From: Amphiscolops sp. MND2022
Lineage: Eukaryota
Length of the DNA: 64,000 nt
Assembly (NCBI GenBank): GCA_964187785.1
Contig: OZ076409.1
Location: forward strand, 58,964,001-59,028,000
Reading direction: 5' to 3'
Part shown: positions 1-12,717 of the stretch, in pieces
Position numbering within the stretch: the stretch's first letter is position 1
Layout of the letters: each line of letters starts with the position of its first letter
Translations under genes and position numbers: made by a program
Notes under the pieces: model-generated
Databases searched by the model: none
Seen by the model: the letters and a program-made list of their open reading frames with translations, nothing else
Told to the model about the DNA's origin: nothing

Positions 1-3000
1 CGGAACGAAACGAAAAGTGAAAAGAACAGAATACCGGAAGCGCTAATTACGATGAAGAAACGACAAACAATAAAAGACAAATCGATACGAAGAAAGGAGA
101 AACTCGGAGCGAAACTGAAGGGCAGATGTAACGGAAATAACTGGAATACCGGAAACGGACAAGGCAGAATCTTTAACGCAACAAACTGGAGCCACATACT
201 CGAATGTCCCGCATTAGAGTCAAATTGTAACGAATGCGGGGTAGGAAAGGTCACTATGCGAGAGCATGCAGCCAAAGAATTAACAAGAACGGAACGGTGA
301 GAAAGCTTACTGAAGCTGAAGAAACGAATGAATGGAACGAATCAATGAGTGAGTCAGATGAGAGTACAAACCATTTAGAAGAGATAAAGACAATCGAAGA
401 CAGATGAGAACAATACACAGCAGTGGTACGAATAAACGGGATAACAAGAAAGAATTAATATTGGATACTGGATCACCAGTAACAATTATGCCACCAGACA
501 AGCGAATAATGGAAAAAATCAAAATTCGGAAAATAACAAACCAATATCGAAACGTTAACAAGAATGAAGAGACGTTTCGGGAGTAAATACCGGTAAACAT
601 TTAATATGAAAACAACAGGCAAAAGATGGAAATACTGATTCGAACGGATATAAAACCACTACTCGGAATGGACTGGATGAGAAAAATCAAACTGACAATT
701 GGAAGAGTACAATTGGTCGAAAACAACCAATCAGGAAACGAGAAAGTATTTAGAATGTTTCCGGACTTGTTTGAGAACAACCGAACTATAAAAGAAGCAG
801 AAACAAACAGAAAACACAATCCGGGACAGCTATACAGCAAAACAGAAAACCAGAACGAAATCACTACACTTGCAAGATGTGGGGAGATATTTAGAAAAAC
901 TAATCAAAGCAGGACTTTTACAGAAAAGAAATAACGTGGATGAAGACTGTTTCATATCGCCTGTTGTAATTACAGTGCAGAACGATAATTCGCACTAGAT
1001 TCCTGGAAACTGGACGATAGCTGTAAAAACAGAAGATCACAGACCACAAACATGGAGGAACTAGTGAATGAGGTATCGATGGAAATTACAAGAGACCTAA
1101 TAGTACAACTATTTACTTCAAAAATCGATTTGGATTATGCATACAGACAAATGAAGGTGTCCGGAGAAACGACTGCCAACCACGTGTATTCGCAATCATC
1201 GTAGCAGCGGACATTACCGATTCAAAAAAAGTTTCACGGACTTCCCGATTTACCGAGAGTTTTTCAAGAAAAAATCGACTGACATTGGAATACAGTACAC
1301 CGGCCTGGTTAGACGACATGATAATAGTGACACGTGGAAGCCAACAAGATCATGATCAAAAACTATTGGACGTACTGTCTAAACTTGAAATACCCGGATA
1401 CAGAATTGAATTCAATTTGAAGCTCAAACAGAGAAAGTGGCTGGGCCACGAAATCGAAAGACCAAACACAGAATCAAACCGAATGAAGAAAAAGTCAAAA
1501 CGATAGCGAAATTGAAATCACCGAACAACTCAAAAGAACTAAAGTTCTTTTTAGGTGCTATCCAACACTTAGAAAAATTCTTTCTGAAAGTATTGGAGAT
1601 GACAGGCAGACTCAGAAAAATATTGAAAATGAACGAACATTGGGAGTGGGGAGATGATCAAAAAAAAGATTTTAACCGAATCAAACGGATGCTAACCGCA
1701 AAATTTTGCTTAGTCCACTATGCAGAAGATAGAGAAAATATGGATGATTACAACAGACGCAATCAAAACACACTCGGAACTACATTTTGTCAGTAACAAG
1801 ACAACAGGGAAAGTAAACCGATCGCATTCGGTAGCAGATACTAAAACGATACCGAAAAGAAATATTTTATCTGTGGATTGGAATTTTGGCGCTAATTTGG
1901 AGCTTTTAAAAAGTTTAGTTTCTACCTTCACGGAATGAATGTACTGTTAGATACAGATCATCAAACATTAGAACCGCTAACAAAACGAAGATGAAGTAGC
2001 CATCAAAGCAGCGCAAAACTAACAGGATGGTTAGATCAATTAGCACACTTTGACAATGGTGTTCAACACGTGGCCGGCAGTAAGTCAAGATATACCGGTT
2101 TCTTGTGTGAAAATCCAATAGGGGGAGCGACATCAGAAGACAAATACGACGAAGAAAATGTGAATAACATATTAACCATTTTAACCGAAAACGCGGAGTT
2201 GATCGCAAAATATGGAAAGGTTTTAGTCAACCAATCACAACACGAGAAACACAAAACCGAAGACAACAAGAATGCCTCTGAAGAAGAAAATGAGAGAGAA
2301 ACCGATCAATCAAAATCAAGTAAAACATGCCAGAACGAAACCCATGTGAACAAAACACGAAAGAACGAAACAACTACATCCGGGCAGTCTGATATTAGCA
2401 CTGTGACGTAAAGTTTGATCGCAAAAGAAAACTTTATTTCAAATATGAACCGAGAAAGTGTTTACCACTGGCGGACCACCAGAGAAATCATGGACATTAT
2501 CCGCCGGAGATTTGGGAGCCTCAAAACAAATCGACTGGTGGAGAGAAGGGAGACGCTAGCCAGAACCGGAAAAAGGAGAAGATATGACCCCCAATCACAG
2601 AGGACGGTATTCGCATCAGCGAGACCGAACAAAAGAACTGGCGGAGGAAATTTATGCGGACCAATTGCAAAAAGCTAACCGACTGGGGTCTGTGTACCAA
2701 CCACTAAGAAAAGTACCCAAAAAAAAAGAAAGATCCGCAATTTCTTGAGAAAAAGAAATCGATAACGAACAAAATCCTGTTGATACCGACGAAGACAGCA
2801 TCATCAAGAGAGGACACAATCTACCGATAGTGGACTCGAGCAAGTACCACGCAGAACAGGAAAGAGGCCCACTACAAACAAACTAACGACATTGTGAACC
2901 AATTGACGACGAACAATAAAATTACAGAAGACCGGATTGAAAAAACAGAAATGATCATGCTAGATTTGAAGACATTGATATCGCAGACGGCAACCGACTC

Positions 3001-3644
3001 GGAGAGGACGAGAGTCCGGTCAAGCATGAGACGAGAATACCAAGATAGGGCTCCGGAGGGATACAAACCGGTCTTCAAAAAACTATCAATCCGGTGGGGT
3101 CTGTTCTTTGTAGACGACCAAATAGCAAACCCAAACGATTTACGAAGACGACTTTTGGACGTATTGCATTTCGTTCATTCCAGAGTTACAAAGATGATAG
3201 TCGAAGCAAAAATGTTTTGGTGGTCCGAACTCCGGAGAGACTTCGAATAAAATGTCGAAGACTGCACAGCCTGCCTTCCAAAGGGTTAGGGACCTTAATC
3301 ATCAAATTCCAAAAAAAATACGACACGTCCGAGGGAGACGGGAGATATGTCCGTTATCCGAACAGCTCCGGTTAACGACGTCATCCAAATACATACTGAT
3401 GGCCGAACTCAGCAGGGTGAGGAAGTTAATAACATAATATTACGTTCAGACTGAATACCAATAAACCGAATAGACACTGTAACATACCCTATACAAATTG
3501 TTTTGGATAGGAGTAATTAAAAAAGACTGCTACAGCTCCAATGTAGAATAGGGTAAAAAACACTCCACAGCCGGAGGAGACCCAGAAACCTGCAGACTTC
3601 ATGTCGGGAGAATTGACGCCGCCCGGAACTTCGAACATTAAGCA

Positions 3645-3647
<3 letters not shown>

Positions 3648-3690
<43 letters not shown>

Positions 3691-3727
3691 GAGAGAAAGA
3701 AATAGGAGGAGGAGGAGGAGGAGGAGG
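3648..3727. repeat. (GA)n followed by (GGA)n microsatellite forming an expanded polypurine tract
   Basis: Directly visible. Confidence 0.95.
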
Positions 3728-3737
3728 CTGGAGGAAA

Positions 3738-4377
3738 TGTCATACGGTTCATCCAATCAATGTGACTTTTACCGTATATCGGTCATAGACAACCTGTCTA
3801 TTATTGCAAACAAGAACTATAGATATAAAACTGAGTATATCATTTTGAGTTTCATTACGATACGTATGCCGCAACGAACTAGCAAGGTCTTGCTAGTTGG
3901 ATTAACAGCTAATGAAAACGCGTTAGTATTTCCAATCCACGTTACGTGTTTTGCTCGTTACACTGTGTGAATTGGCGTTACGTGTAGTGATCAAAATACA
4001 GTAAATGACTACTTTACACTCTCTACAGTTTCGTACTTTGACTGGTTTCCACTTTACACACGAATGGAAGCATCGTTTGGAGTCATTTTTGCTCAGGGTG
4101 TGTACCAAAATGCTTCAATGGTTTCTACTTTTCTATAATCACGCTTAATGGTCACAATCCGCAATTTGGGATTACACTATGCGTCACAACCTGCGATGAA
4201 CACGATACACTCGTTGACTGAAATACGGTTCGCTCTCGTTTTACGGAAAATACACTTTACACTTGATGATAAATTCCACTTTTGCGGCATATGTATCGTA
4301 ATGTTTGTCTACCATACGTTTTAGTTACAAAGTCTAATTCAAAGTTCTAGAACCTAACTTATTTTGAGAATACAACA
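3738..4377 (+). mobile_element. Probable short 3' LTR (~190 bp without its MITE insertion)
   Basis: Starts TGT right after the polypurine tract, has TATAAAA at ~3825 and ends TACAACA, the same end as the LTR of the second Gypsy element. Interrupted by the MITE at 3853-4303. Confidence 0.55.
3853..4303. mobile_element. MITE with CATTACGATAC..ATGCCGCAA TIRs and 2-bp TSD (CMC/EnSpm-like non-autonomous)
   Basis: Begins CATTACGATACGTATGCCGCAA, ends TTGCGGCATATGTATCGTAATG; TT on both flanks; inverted homologue at 12274-12717. Confidence 0.85.
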
Positions 4378-4833
4378 ACTTTAACGTTCAAAATGTTCAC
4401 AAAAAATGTATGGAAATTTGCCAAAAGCTCGATTTTGTTGAAATTTTTGCTTATTTGTTTTCCACTAAGAGCCCAAAATCGTTCAAGTATATACAGTAAT
4501 AAATTCTGTACAAATCTACTCTCATGGTAGTTGATTTTTGTATTGGGATGGCATGGGAACATGACAAATTCAGGAGAAGAAACGTGTCTCAGTTAATTTG
4601 TTTCACATATGGAAACTTGGGCGGGAAATAATCAATTAAAGTTATATGAAATGGATTTCTGACATGTCATCGAAACGGGCACATTTTGTTAATGCCAGGA
4701 ACTACTGCGAACCTGAAATCAATTTCTTATTTTCAAGTGGTGGGAAAGATTGTTGAATAGGAAAAAGGAAGAAAAATCAGCAGCATTCGAACTACTTTGG
4801 TTTGAATTTTTCCCTAAGTTGGAATCAGTGGTA

Positions 4834-5354
4834 CCCTAGGTTACAAGAATCACAAATGTTGCAAAATTCTTCCGAAGTTTTCGTCAACTTTGCGTTTCTT
4901 ACAAGAATCTTGCAAGTTTGTACAAGAATCGCAAATTTTGCAAATTTGTTACAATGTCCAACATTTCTTACAAGATTCTGATTGTAAAAGAAATTCTTAC
5001 AAAAAATGTGATGTGTTATTTCGACCAAAATTTCAAAAATAATCGAACTACCAGCAACAACAGCCACAGTTGCCGTTTGCAATGCACAAACTGTCCTAGG
5101 ATCCCAGCAAAAGCTTTAGTATGGGCAATTAATCATTTTTCGCGTACAGATCGTTTTCTTACAGATCGTGCAGCTGTTCACTTTTTTTGAGGCAGGAAAT
5201 GCAAAAAATGTTAGATTTATGCATTTTTTGTAACATTCTGAGCAGAAAAATGCAAATTTTGCAGGATTTTTTCAAGAGTTAGATTCTAAAAATGCATTTT
5301 CTTACAAGATCTTACAAGAATTCTTTTTTTGCAAGTGATTTTTGTAACTTAGGG
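4834..5354. mobile_element. MITE with CCC...GGG termini, TA flanks and TTACAAGA subterminal repeats
   Basis: TA|CCCTAGGTTACAAGAATCAC ... GTGATTTTTGTAACTTAGGG|TA. Confidence 0.8.
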
Positions 5355-7378
5355 TATTTTCACAGAAACTTGATGAAAGTATATTTTTTGTAATGAGAGA
5401 GGGAATTTGTAACTTCTTTTCCTTTTGGTAAAATCTAGTTTGCGATGGTGTGTAAAATACGCAATTCCAATGCAATTATAACTTGCACAGTTCCAATGCA
5501 TTTTAATATATACTTATCGACGTCTTATCGGACCTTTTAAACGTGATGTCAAAAAGGGGTGAATTGGATTCCTACTTCTGAAAGTATGTAATTGAGACTC
5601 AATGCGTGAGCAAATTTTTACGGCTATATTTTTGGAGAAATTATGACGCATGTTTTGCTGGAAGTTCTCAAATCTGCGATATGTTTTGGGGACCAAAAGG
5701 ACGCCTCATTCCGGACTGTCATTGAAATGTTCCTAAATGGTCGACGTCCTACCATATGCGAAAGGGTCAGCAATGTATGCCGGTAATAAACGCTACACCG
5801 ATGAACAAACTTTGCAGGGAAATATACTTTAAAATTTCATGAGCAATTGCATAAGTTTTTGTCTCTCCAGAACGTTAAGTTTTCATAACTTTTCAAAAAA
5901 GTTGCACTGCCAAGTTCATTGGCAAAGGTTGCTGTCTATACTCATTGAAGACCTATGCAGCTGAAGAAATTTTTTTCAGGATGTTGTTGGATGTGGGAAG
6001 AACACAACTGGCATCCAAGGAAAGCTTTTGTCAAAATCCTATCTTTTCCCAACTTCTTTTCGTCCCAACAAGATTGTGCGAAATTCCTACTTTTGGTATC
6101 TGTTGTTTTTATTACCATCACATCTTGTTCGGCTATCTCCAAGCCTGTGGATTTTTTCATATACTATCTTTTTCAATTTGCTCAATGAAAAGTTTAATCA
6201 CACCATCATCGAAGTGCACTAGCATCCGAGTGTTTAACGAAACTGCTTTCTGGGATCGCTTGCATTGTTTCTTTGAAAAGAACCCCTGCATCGGTTTATG
6301 TTTCATGACTGCACAGTCTTTGTCCTGTTATGCCACAGTTGCTGAATTCAGTTTCAGTATTTCGCTCCTGCGTTTAGTGCACTAACTGTACGTGAACGTA
6401 GCTATTCGCGATTCTCTAATTCTGGAGATTTTAACCTAAGAAATTTTAGCTTAGGAGGCTTTAACTTCACAGATTTCAACTTCGAGTTTAACCTGATACC
6501 TTCAAGAACACCCAAACTTACTACTTTCGTCATTTCGAAAAGGATTCAGTTTTATGACTGATTAATCGCAGTAATTGCAATTATTTCACTGCCCAAAAAT
6601 CATTAAACAAATTGAATTATTTCCGATCAAAAATTCCATCCATTGATTGTAACTAATTGCAGGGCTAATTTATTTTTGAAAACCCCCAATTCTTCTGTTG
6701 TTTTGTTGCGGAATTGATATAAGTCAGGTTTGGGCTACCAGTACTGCACATAACCGGCAGCCCGGTTCTCGGTGTAATAAGTTTTTCAAAAACGTTTTCA
6801 TTTCTGGATCATGTACACGTGCAAACTATAAATCGATCTCATTCTTCTGATGGAGATTGGCTCCCAAATCTTTGAAGGTTTTGTAATTTTGTTTTACTAT
6901 TCGTAATTTTGTTGGTTTATCAAGACATTGCCAGTAAAGTTAGTCGAAACAAGTTTGTTTTAAAAACACTGAACAGAATTTACATACATGTACTCTGTAG
7001 ATAGCGGCGGAATAAATGTTTTCCAGCAATTTTTTTGCGATCTCTAATTGCTTTGGTTTTCGCAGAGTAGTTCAGGGAAATATTTCGTCAATTAAATTTC
7101 GTGCTCGCGGGTAATGTTATCACCATATGACTCCCAATTACAATAGTTTGTTGTCCTGAACTCAATGTGCTAAGCGGTGGAAAGTCGGCATGAGCTGGCT
7201 AGTTCCTAAAGCAACTCAGCTTGAAATTATTTTACTCTTGTGATGGTAGTCTCACCGAGTTGATCTAAACATTTAGTTCATACAATGTTTCCATATATAG
7301 AAACTAGTTGCATCGAATATAAAACTATATGATGAACAGCAGACATCGGCTAATTGCACGCCAGTTAAGTGCACACTT

Positions 7379-7648
7379 CCCAGCGATCGAAGACATGGTA
7401 CGCTTGACAAGACCCATGGAAGATCTTGCCAAGGATACCATGATTATGCAAGATCGATTATTTTTTCGATAAATAAAGGTTATGTCCGGAGTTATCACAA
7501 CGGCTTGTTCAGAAATTGGAGAGGACAAGAATCTTTTTCGAAAAGAATAAATTATTCAGCTCACACGTGTTACCATGGTTATCTTGCCATGATCTTGCCA
7601 AGATCTTGCCATGATCTTGGCAAGCGTAGCGTGTCTTCAATCGCTGGG
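7379..7648. mobile_element. MITE with CCC...GGG termini, 2-bp TSD (TT) and GATCTTGCCA subterminal repeats
   Basis: CCCAGCGATCGAAGACATGGTACGCTTGACAAGA matches the reverse complement of TCTTGGCAAGCGTAGCGTGTCTTCAATCGCTGGG with few mismatches; TT on both sides. Confidence 0.8.
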
Positions 7649-8147
7649 TTCGCATACTTGCAGTAATTTCTAAGGTCCCAGTCCGTTGTGTACGACTGAA
7701 TCACTGCGGATAATAACACACTTCGGATACTAGCACGAAAATCCTCGACACAAGGCCGTGCGATCAACCGCAGTATACTGTATCTCAGACATTATGATTT
7801 GAGAACCGCGTTTACGTAATTCTTTGAGTGAGCAATTGAGGAGGAAAAGGCCATTGAAAAATGTGTGACAAACGGCCAACAGCAGAACAGCACTAGATTT
7901 AATGACCCCCAATTAATAGCAAATAATTGGATACTTAAAAATCAATTATTTGAAGGAAGGCTTGCAATCAATTAAATGTGCCAAATAATTATAATTACCC
8001 GGGTCGACCCTCCATGGATATCTTAGTAAGATCTTGGCAAGATCTTGCCAAGATCTTGGAAAAATCTTAGCTAAGATCGTGACAAGATATTGCCAAGAAT
8101 TGCAAGATGCCATGGTAAGATCTTATCAAGAGAGCCATGTTTCCAAG

Positions 8148-8248
8148 AAAAATCTTACTAAGATGCCCAATATGGCAAGAAAAATCTTACTAAGAAGCCC
8201 AATATGGCAAGACAAATCTAACTAAGAAGCCGAATATGGCAAGAAAAA
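8148..8248. repeat. ~32-bp tandem repeat x3 (AAAATCTTACTAAGAWGCCCAATATGGCAAGA)
   Basis: Directly visible. Confidence 0.85.
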
Positions 8249-8501
8249 AATTGCTACAAACTGCTCGATATCGAGAAAAAGTAGAATCAGAAAACCATTA
8301 AATTAAGAGTTATGGAAAAATAATCTAGACATCACTCAAAACAAAATTACTGAATGATTTTTACAACGATTTCAATATCGATATTGTTCTTTCAATTGCA
8401 AAACTGTCGCCAACAACGGCGTCAGAAAAGCATTGAGCTGAATCATTACCCAAATTAGAGCAATGACAGCCGAACAATGAATTATTATTTTATAATTATA
8501 A

Positions 8502-8631
8502 AGATTTTTCAATCTGATTCAAGAGATTAGATTTCTACGGTTCCAGCCCTTATGGTTAAAAACCTATAGGTTTTTAACCATAAGGGCTGGAACCGTAGAA
8601 ATCTAATCTCTTGAATCAGATTGAAAAATCT
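8502..8631. repeat. Perfect 130-bp palindrome with no spacer
   Basis: 65-bp arms centred on CCTA|TAGG (8566/8567). Confidence 0.95.
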
Positions 8632-9269
8632 CCAGCTTTATATATGGAGCCAACCAGTCTAGTCAGTCATCTTTCCCCTGCTTCTCTGACTGTATTTTCA
8701 ATTTGGGAATTTGGTTCATTATAAGAACGGCAAACCATCCAAAAAGCATTTTCATGAAGATCTAATTTGTTTTGAAAGAAATGATTAAACGGAATTTTTT
8801 TCGAAGTATTTTTTTCCAAATCACAATTAAGCTGAAAATTGACAGTAATTTCAAAACTCTTAAGAGAAGAATATCAAAAAAATGGCGCTTGGAATCTCAA
8901 CACAAAATAAATAAACGGTATCAAGATGTTCTTCTTGAATGAAGAGATGAAACCATGACCCAAAAATAGGACATGAACAAAGAGGCTGCAAAACGTGATC
9001 ACTTACAACCATTTCGTTGAATTTATTCGTTTTAAATTTTTATTAGTAATTCTAAAACGGATAGAATAAAAGAAATGTAACCTGATTTTATATAAGACGT
9101 TTTCACTAGGGTTCCAAACTGCTAATAACTGTCGATCTGGTTAATGAAAGTTTTCAAAACGCGAAATCTTTTGATATGTTTCCGAACGCAAACGTCATCC
9201 ACGATTTGATAAGAAAAACACAGGTATTTTTCGTTTTCAAATCGAATCAAAACTCAAATAGTTATATCA

Positions 9270-11100
9270 CATCATGTTATGGTACGTATTTAATTTTTAT
9301 ACCTTCAGCAAGGTAAATATTTCGAGAAGGATATGTAGGAAGGTAAAGATAACACTAAGTACTTCAAGTACCTCACAGTATTGTTTAATGTCAATAAAAT
9401 TGTCCTTCGTCCCGTTGCCAACCAAATTAACTATTCTTAGCTGCTATGAAGCGACCACTTAACTTATTAATGCTATACGACCGCCGCGATCACCTAAAAC
9501 TTTGAATTTTAATCGGAAAGAAATGTTGACGTCGAATTTCTCGGCAACAATTGGATATAAAAACATAGGAAAAATTAAAACGAAATAAATGTTCCTACTT
9601 GACCTTACCACGTGTTGACTCAACTTTACAGAACTTTTGAAAACGAATTTCCATATAAATTGAACAAGAAGTCGCATTTACCTATGAACAGAATTGCAGT
9701 CAAGTTTTTGAGGGAGAAAACTTTCACATGTGTTTGAGAGTGGAAACTTCACAGTGAGCAGAAAAAGCACATAATGCAACTCCCCAACGTGTGTAAGAAA
9801 GCAAAAGGAAAAGATCCGAGAACGCGCCGTGACTGGCGCTACGCACAGCTAATACGAAAGCGGCCGCAGCACACTTTGGAATTATCCCCCCCTCTTGGTA
9901 CAAGTTAAAAATCGAAACGCAATTTCTCAAAGATGAAAAAGATATCAGCAAACGGTTTTCAGCATTCAACAGTCCGACCAAAGGAGAGCTTAAGTCGTAA
10001 ATATGAGCCCTGTGCAACAACGAGAACGTAACGTGGCTGGGGGAGGCTTTTAAAATAAGTTCTGTCAGAGTTTCGATGAATTTTCAAAAATGACTTTCTT
10101 CTGAAGTTTTTGTGTGATCGCTACAATTGTGAGTGAAAGTTCGGATTTGGAATAGCTTAAAGATGAATTGTCTATTTTGGGTTAATTGGAAAATGAATAA
10201 TATTCAGTAGTTCTGAGATCTGAGCCAGCAAACTTTAACAAGACGGGAACGTGCAAAGTCGGCGGTATATCTAAGGCTCAAAAAGCGCAAAGTTTTTAAA
10301 CCTGTAAAATGGGGACCCTTCGGACTTTTTGAAAATCCATTTTGTTGCAAATTCCTAAATGAATAAAAAGGGGGACCCTGTGGAGACAATAACAAACTTC
10401 AAATTTTTTTATTTTTTAAGAAAAAACGAAAAATGAGAACTTTGAACAGTCTCATAGTGCCGAAATACATAAAAGGGGATACCAATTGGGCTTTTTGGCA
10501 CTTTAGTTTGTTGCAAAATATCGGAGAAAAACTCGAAGGTGGGACACTTTGAAGGCAAAAAATCTAAAAAAAAGTCGCACAGTGCCGAAAAAAATGAAAG
10601 AGTCGCACAGTGCCGAATGAAATTGCTCGAAAAAATTTTCTGGCTAAAGCAAGGACTCGAGGCCCTGACCGCTGGGTTCACCGTAAACCGAGTACTGACG
10701 AGTACACCTGAACGAGTGAAGTCTGTAAGAAGTGGTACATACGCGATGAGATCTGTGGTCTGACGAAAAAAAAATAGAAAAAACACTAGCCAGTGTAATA
10801 GTCGGGCTTTTTCCCTGAAGAAACTGGCGCCGACCAAAAAAGACCCAAAAACTGCCACACAGCCGTTTTTCACATGTTATCGCCTAGTACTCCACATACA
10901 AGGGCACAATAGCAGCTCGTTTTGCAGCGTACTTGCGACATGAACTGAATGGGTTAAAAAAAGTAGTGAATAGAAAGCTGCGGTGCAGTAGAGAAAAACC
11001 CCCAAGAAACGAAATGTGTATTTTCATTCTGATAATAGGAAGATCAGCCTATAAAAACACTAATCCTGCACGTTTCGGGCGATATAGAGCTGAAATTTTA
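9270..11100. repeat. Dispersed repeat, inverted homologue of ~53140-54335, interrupted by the insertion at 10237-10836
   Basis: Shared blocks on opposite strands, e.g. GTACTTCAAGTACCTC, GAATTTCTCGGCAAC, CAGCATTC and TGTTATCGCCT. Confidence 0.8.
10237..10836 (-). mobile_element. Helentron-associated (DINE-1/HINE-like) non-autonomous element
   Basis: On the minus strand: 5' subTIR GTCGGCG with a nearby inverted CCGAC, and 3' CGCCGAC followed by CTTGTT. Inserted in a T-run with no visible TSD, judged from the empty site in the homologue at ~53395-53420. Internal GGGGACCCT/TTTGTTGCAAA repeats. Confidence 0.6.
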
Positions 11101-12273
11101 AGGGTAGACGCACGAGTGTATGATGCACAGCGTTTAGTGGAGCGTTTTTCCAAAAAGGCCCCCAAATTTCGTTCAGAAAAGATAAAGACCTCATCTAAAA
11201 TGCAAAAGACTCCTACTGGCGTGAGCTAGTGATGTATTAAGAGTTTTGCTAATGTCGTTATGATACTTTTGACTACGTTAGTTTTTCAGCGTTTTTCACC
11301 GTGAACGAGTTGAAATAGAAACAAAACTATGCCCAGCGTTTTTTTAGCCCTTTGATTGTCTTATTTTATATACTGTACTTAAATTTGGCCCCGATGATCA
11401 AAACACTAAGTTTTTGTCTTCAGAAAATGCAACTCGAAAATCGACAGTTTGGGATGTGAATTGAAATGGCTTTTTATGTCATTGTAAATTGTTGGGAACT
11501 ATTTCCTTCAGTCATATTTTGTTGAAGAGAGTTGTCAGGAGTCGTATAGGAAAAACGACTTGACAAAAGTGCAAATACCAATCATTGAGCCGACATTAAA
11601 GTCGAGTTTGTAAAAATGGGAAACATTGAGAAATTGAGTCAGTGATACCTCCCCTTAAATTTTATTGAAAACGAAGTAAAAACCACTAGTCATTATTGAC
11701 ACGAAGGTACAAAGAGGACCGACTAACGATGAGAAATTGTACTTCTGTTAAATTTTTAGTACATAAGTGGGAAAAACTGTATGACTCAACACTTAATGCG
11801 GCACTTAAAAAGGAATGCTGACAAATTACGAATACTTAAGTGATTAAACTGCCGAAAAATTAACTTTGGCCGAAGTGTGCGTCTTCACGACTACACAAAC
11901 AGTGAGTCCATTTCTAGAAGACGGTTTGCAGTTTTTACGGAGTCTTTACGTTCCGCATCACCAATTTATCAAATTTACAGATTCACTTTGATTTGCCGTG
12001 ATGCACGTGCTTTCTTCCAGAAGTTGCCCCTCAGATCGCCGATCCGCCATCTCTTAGTACTAATTTTGACCCAGCAGCAGGGTGTTCTTTGGTCTATCGT
12101 CTCTACATGTAATACAGGATCAGTTGCCCTCAAATTCACTGATTGCTTTCACTCCAAGACCGATAAAAAACAATTACAGAGAGTTGCTTTTTTCAATTTT
12201 ATACTGATATCACACCCCAAACAAATCAATTTTGCTCAAATCCTTGTTTCTTTATTGTTTGTGTTATATGCCT

Positions 12274-12717
12274 CATTACGATACATATGCCGCAAAAGTG
12301 GAATTTATCATCAAGTATAAAATGTATTTTTCTTAAAACGAGAGCGAACCGTACTCTAGTCAAACAGTGCATCGTGTTCATTGCGGATTATGATGCCCAG
12401 TGTAGTCAGAAATTGCGATTCGTGATCATTGAGCGTTATCAGAAAAGTTAAAACTAGTCAAAACAACTTAGTTTTAATGTAAATTTTCGGTAAACACCGT
12501 GAGTAAAATATGTGAAGTCGAAACCAGCCAAAGTACGTAATTATAGAGAGTGTAAAAGAGTCATTCACTGTATTTTGATCATTACGCGTGACGCCAAATC
12601 ATACTGTGTAACAAGCAAACCTCGTAACGCGTATCTGAAATACGAACGCGTTTTTATTGGCTGTTAATCGAAACTAACAAGATCTTGCTAGTGCGTTGCG
12701 GCATATGTGCCGTAATG
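12274..12717. mobile_element. Second copy (inverted) of the CATTACG MITE, 2-bp TSD CT
   Basis: CT|CATTACGATACATATGCCGCAA ... TTGCGGCATATGTGCCGTAATG|CT. Confidence 0.85.

Larger units (their letters stand above)
1..4377 (+). mobile_element. Decayed Gypsy/Ty3-type LTR retrotransposon (gag end, PR, RT, RNase H, IN remnant, 3' LTR); 5' part lies outside the window
   Basis: Frameshifted motifs in order: zinc-knuckle remnant CPA..CNECG (~205-270), protease LILDTGSPVTIMP (~455-495), RT KIDLDYAY (~1120) and WLDDMIIV (~1305), RNase H TTDA (~1750) and YTDHQ-like (~1950), integrase HHCC LHFVHS..MFWW..CTAC (~3165-3275). The integrase core appears deleted. A long purine tract (3648-3737) is followed by TGTCATAC at 3738. 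Confidence 0.9.

Noticed and set aside
5700..6385. 146-aa plus-strand ORF or decayed coding sequence
   Set aside because: No recognisable motif; it may be an old TE relic but cannot be assigned by eye.
11877..12320. 147-aa ORF as the first GPCR exon
   Set aside because: It runs into a MITE and lacks a TM1-like segment ending in a suitable phase-1 donor.
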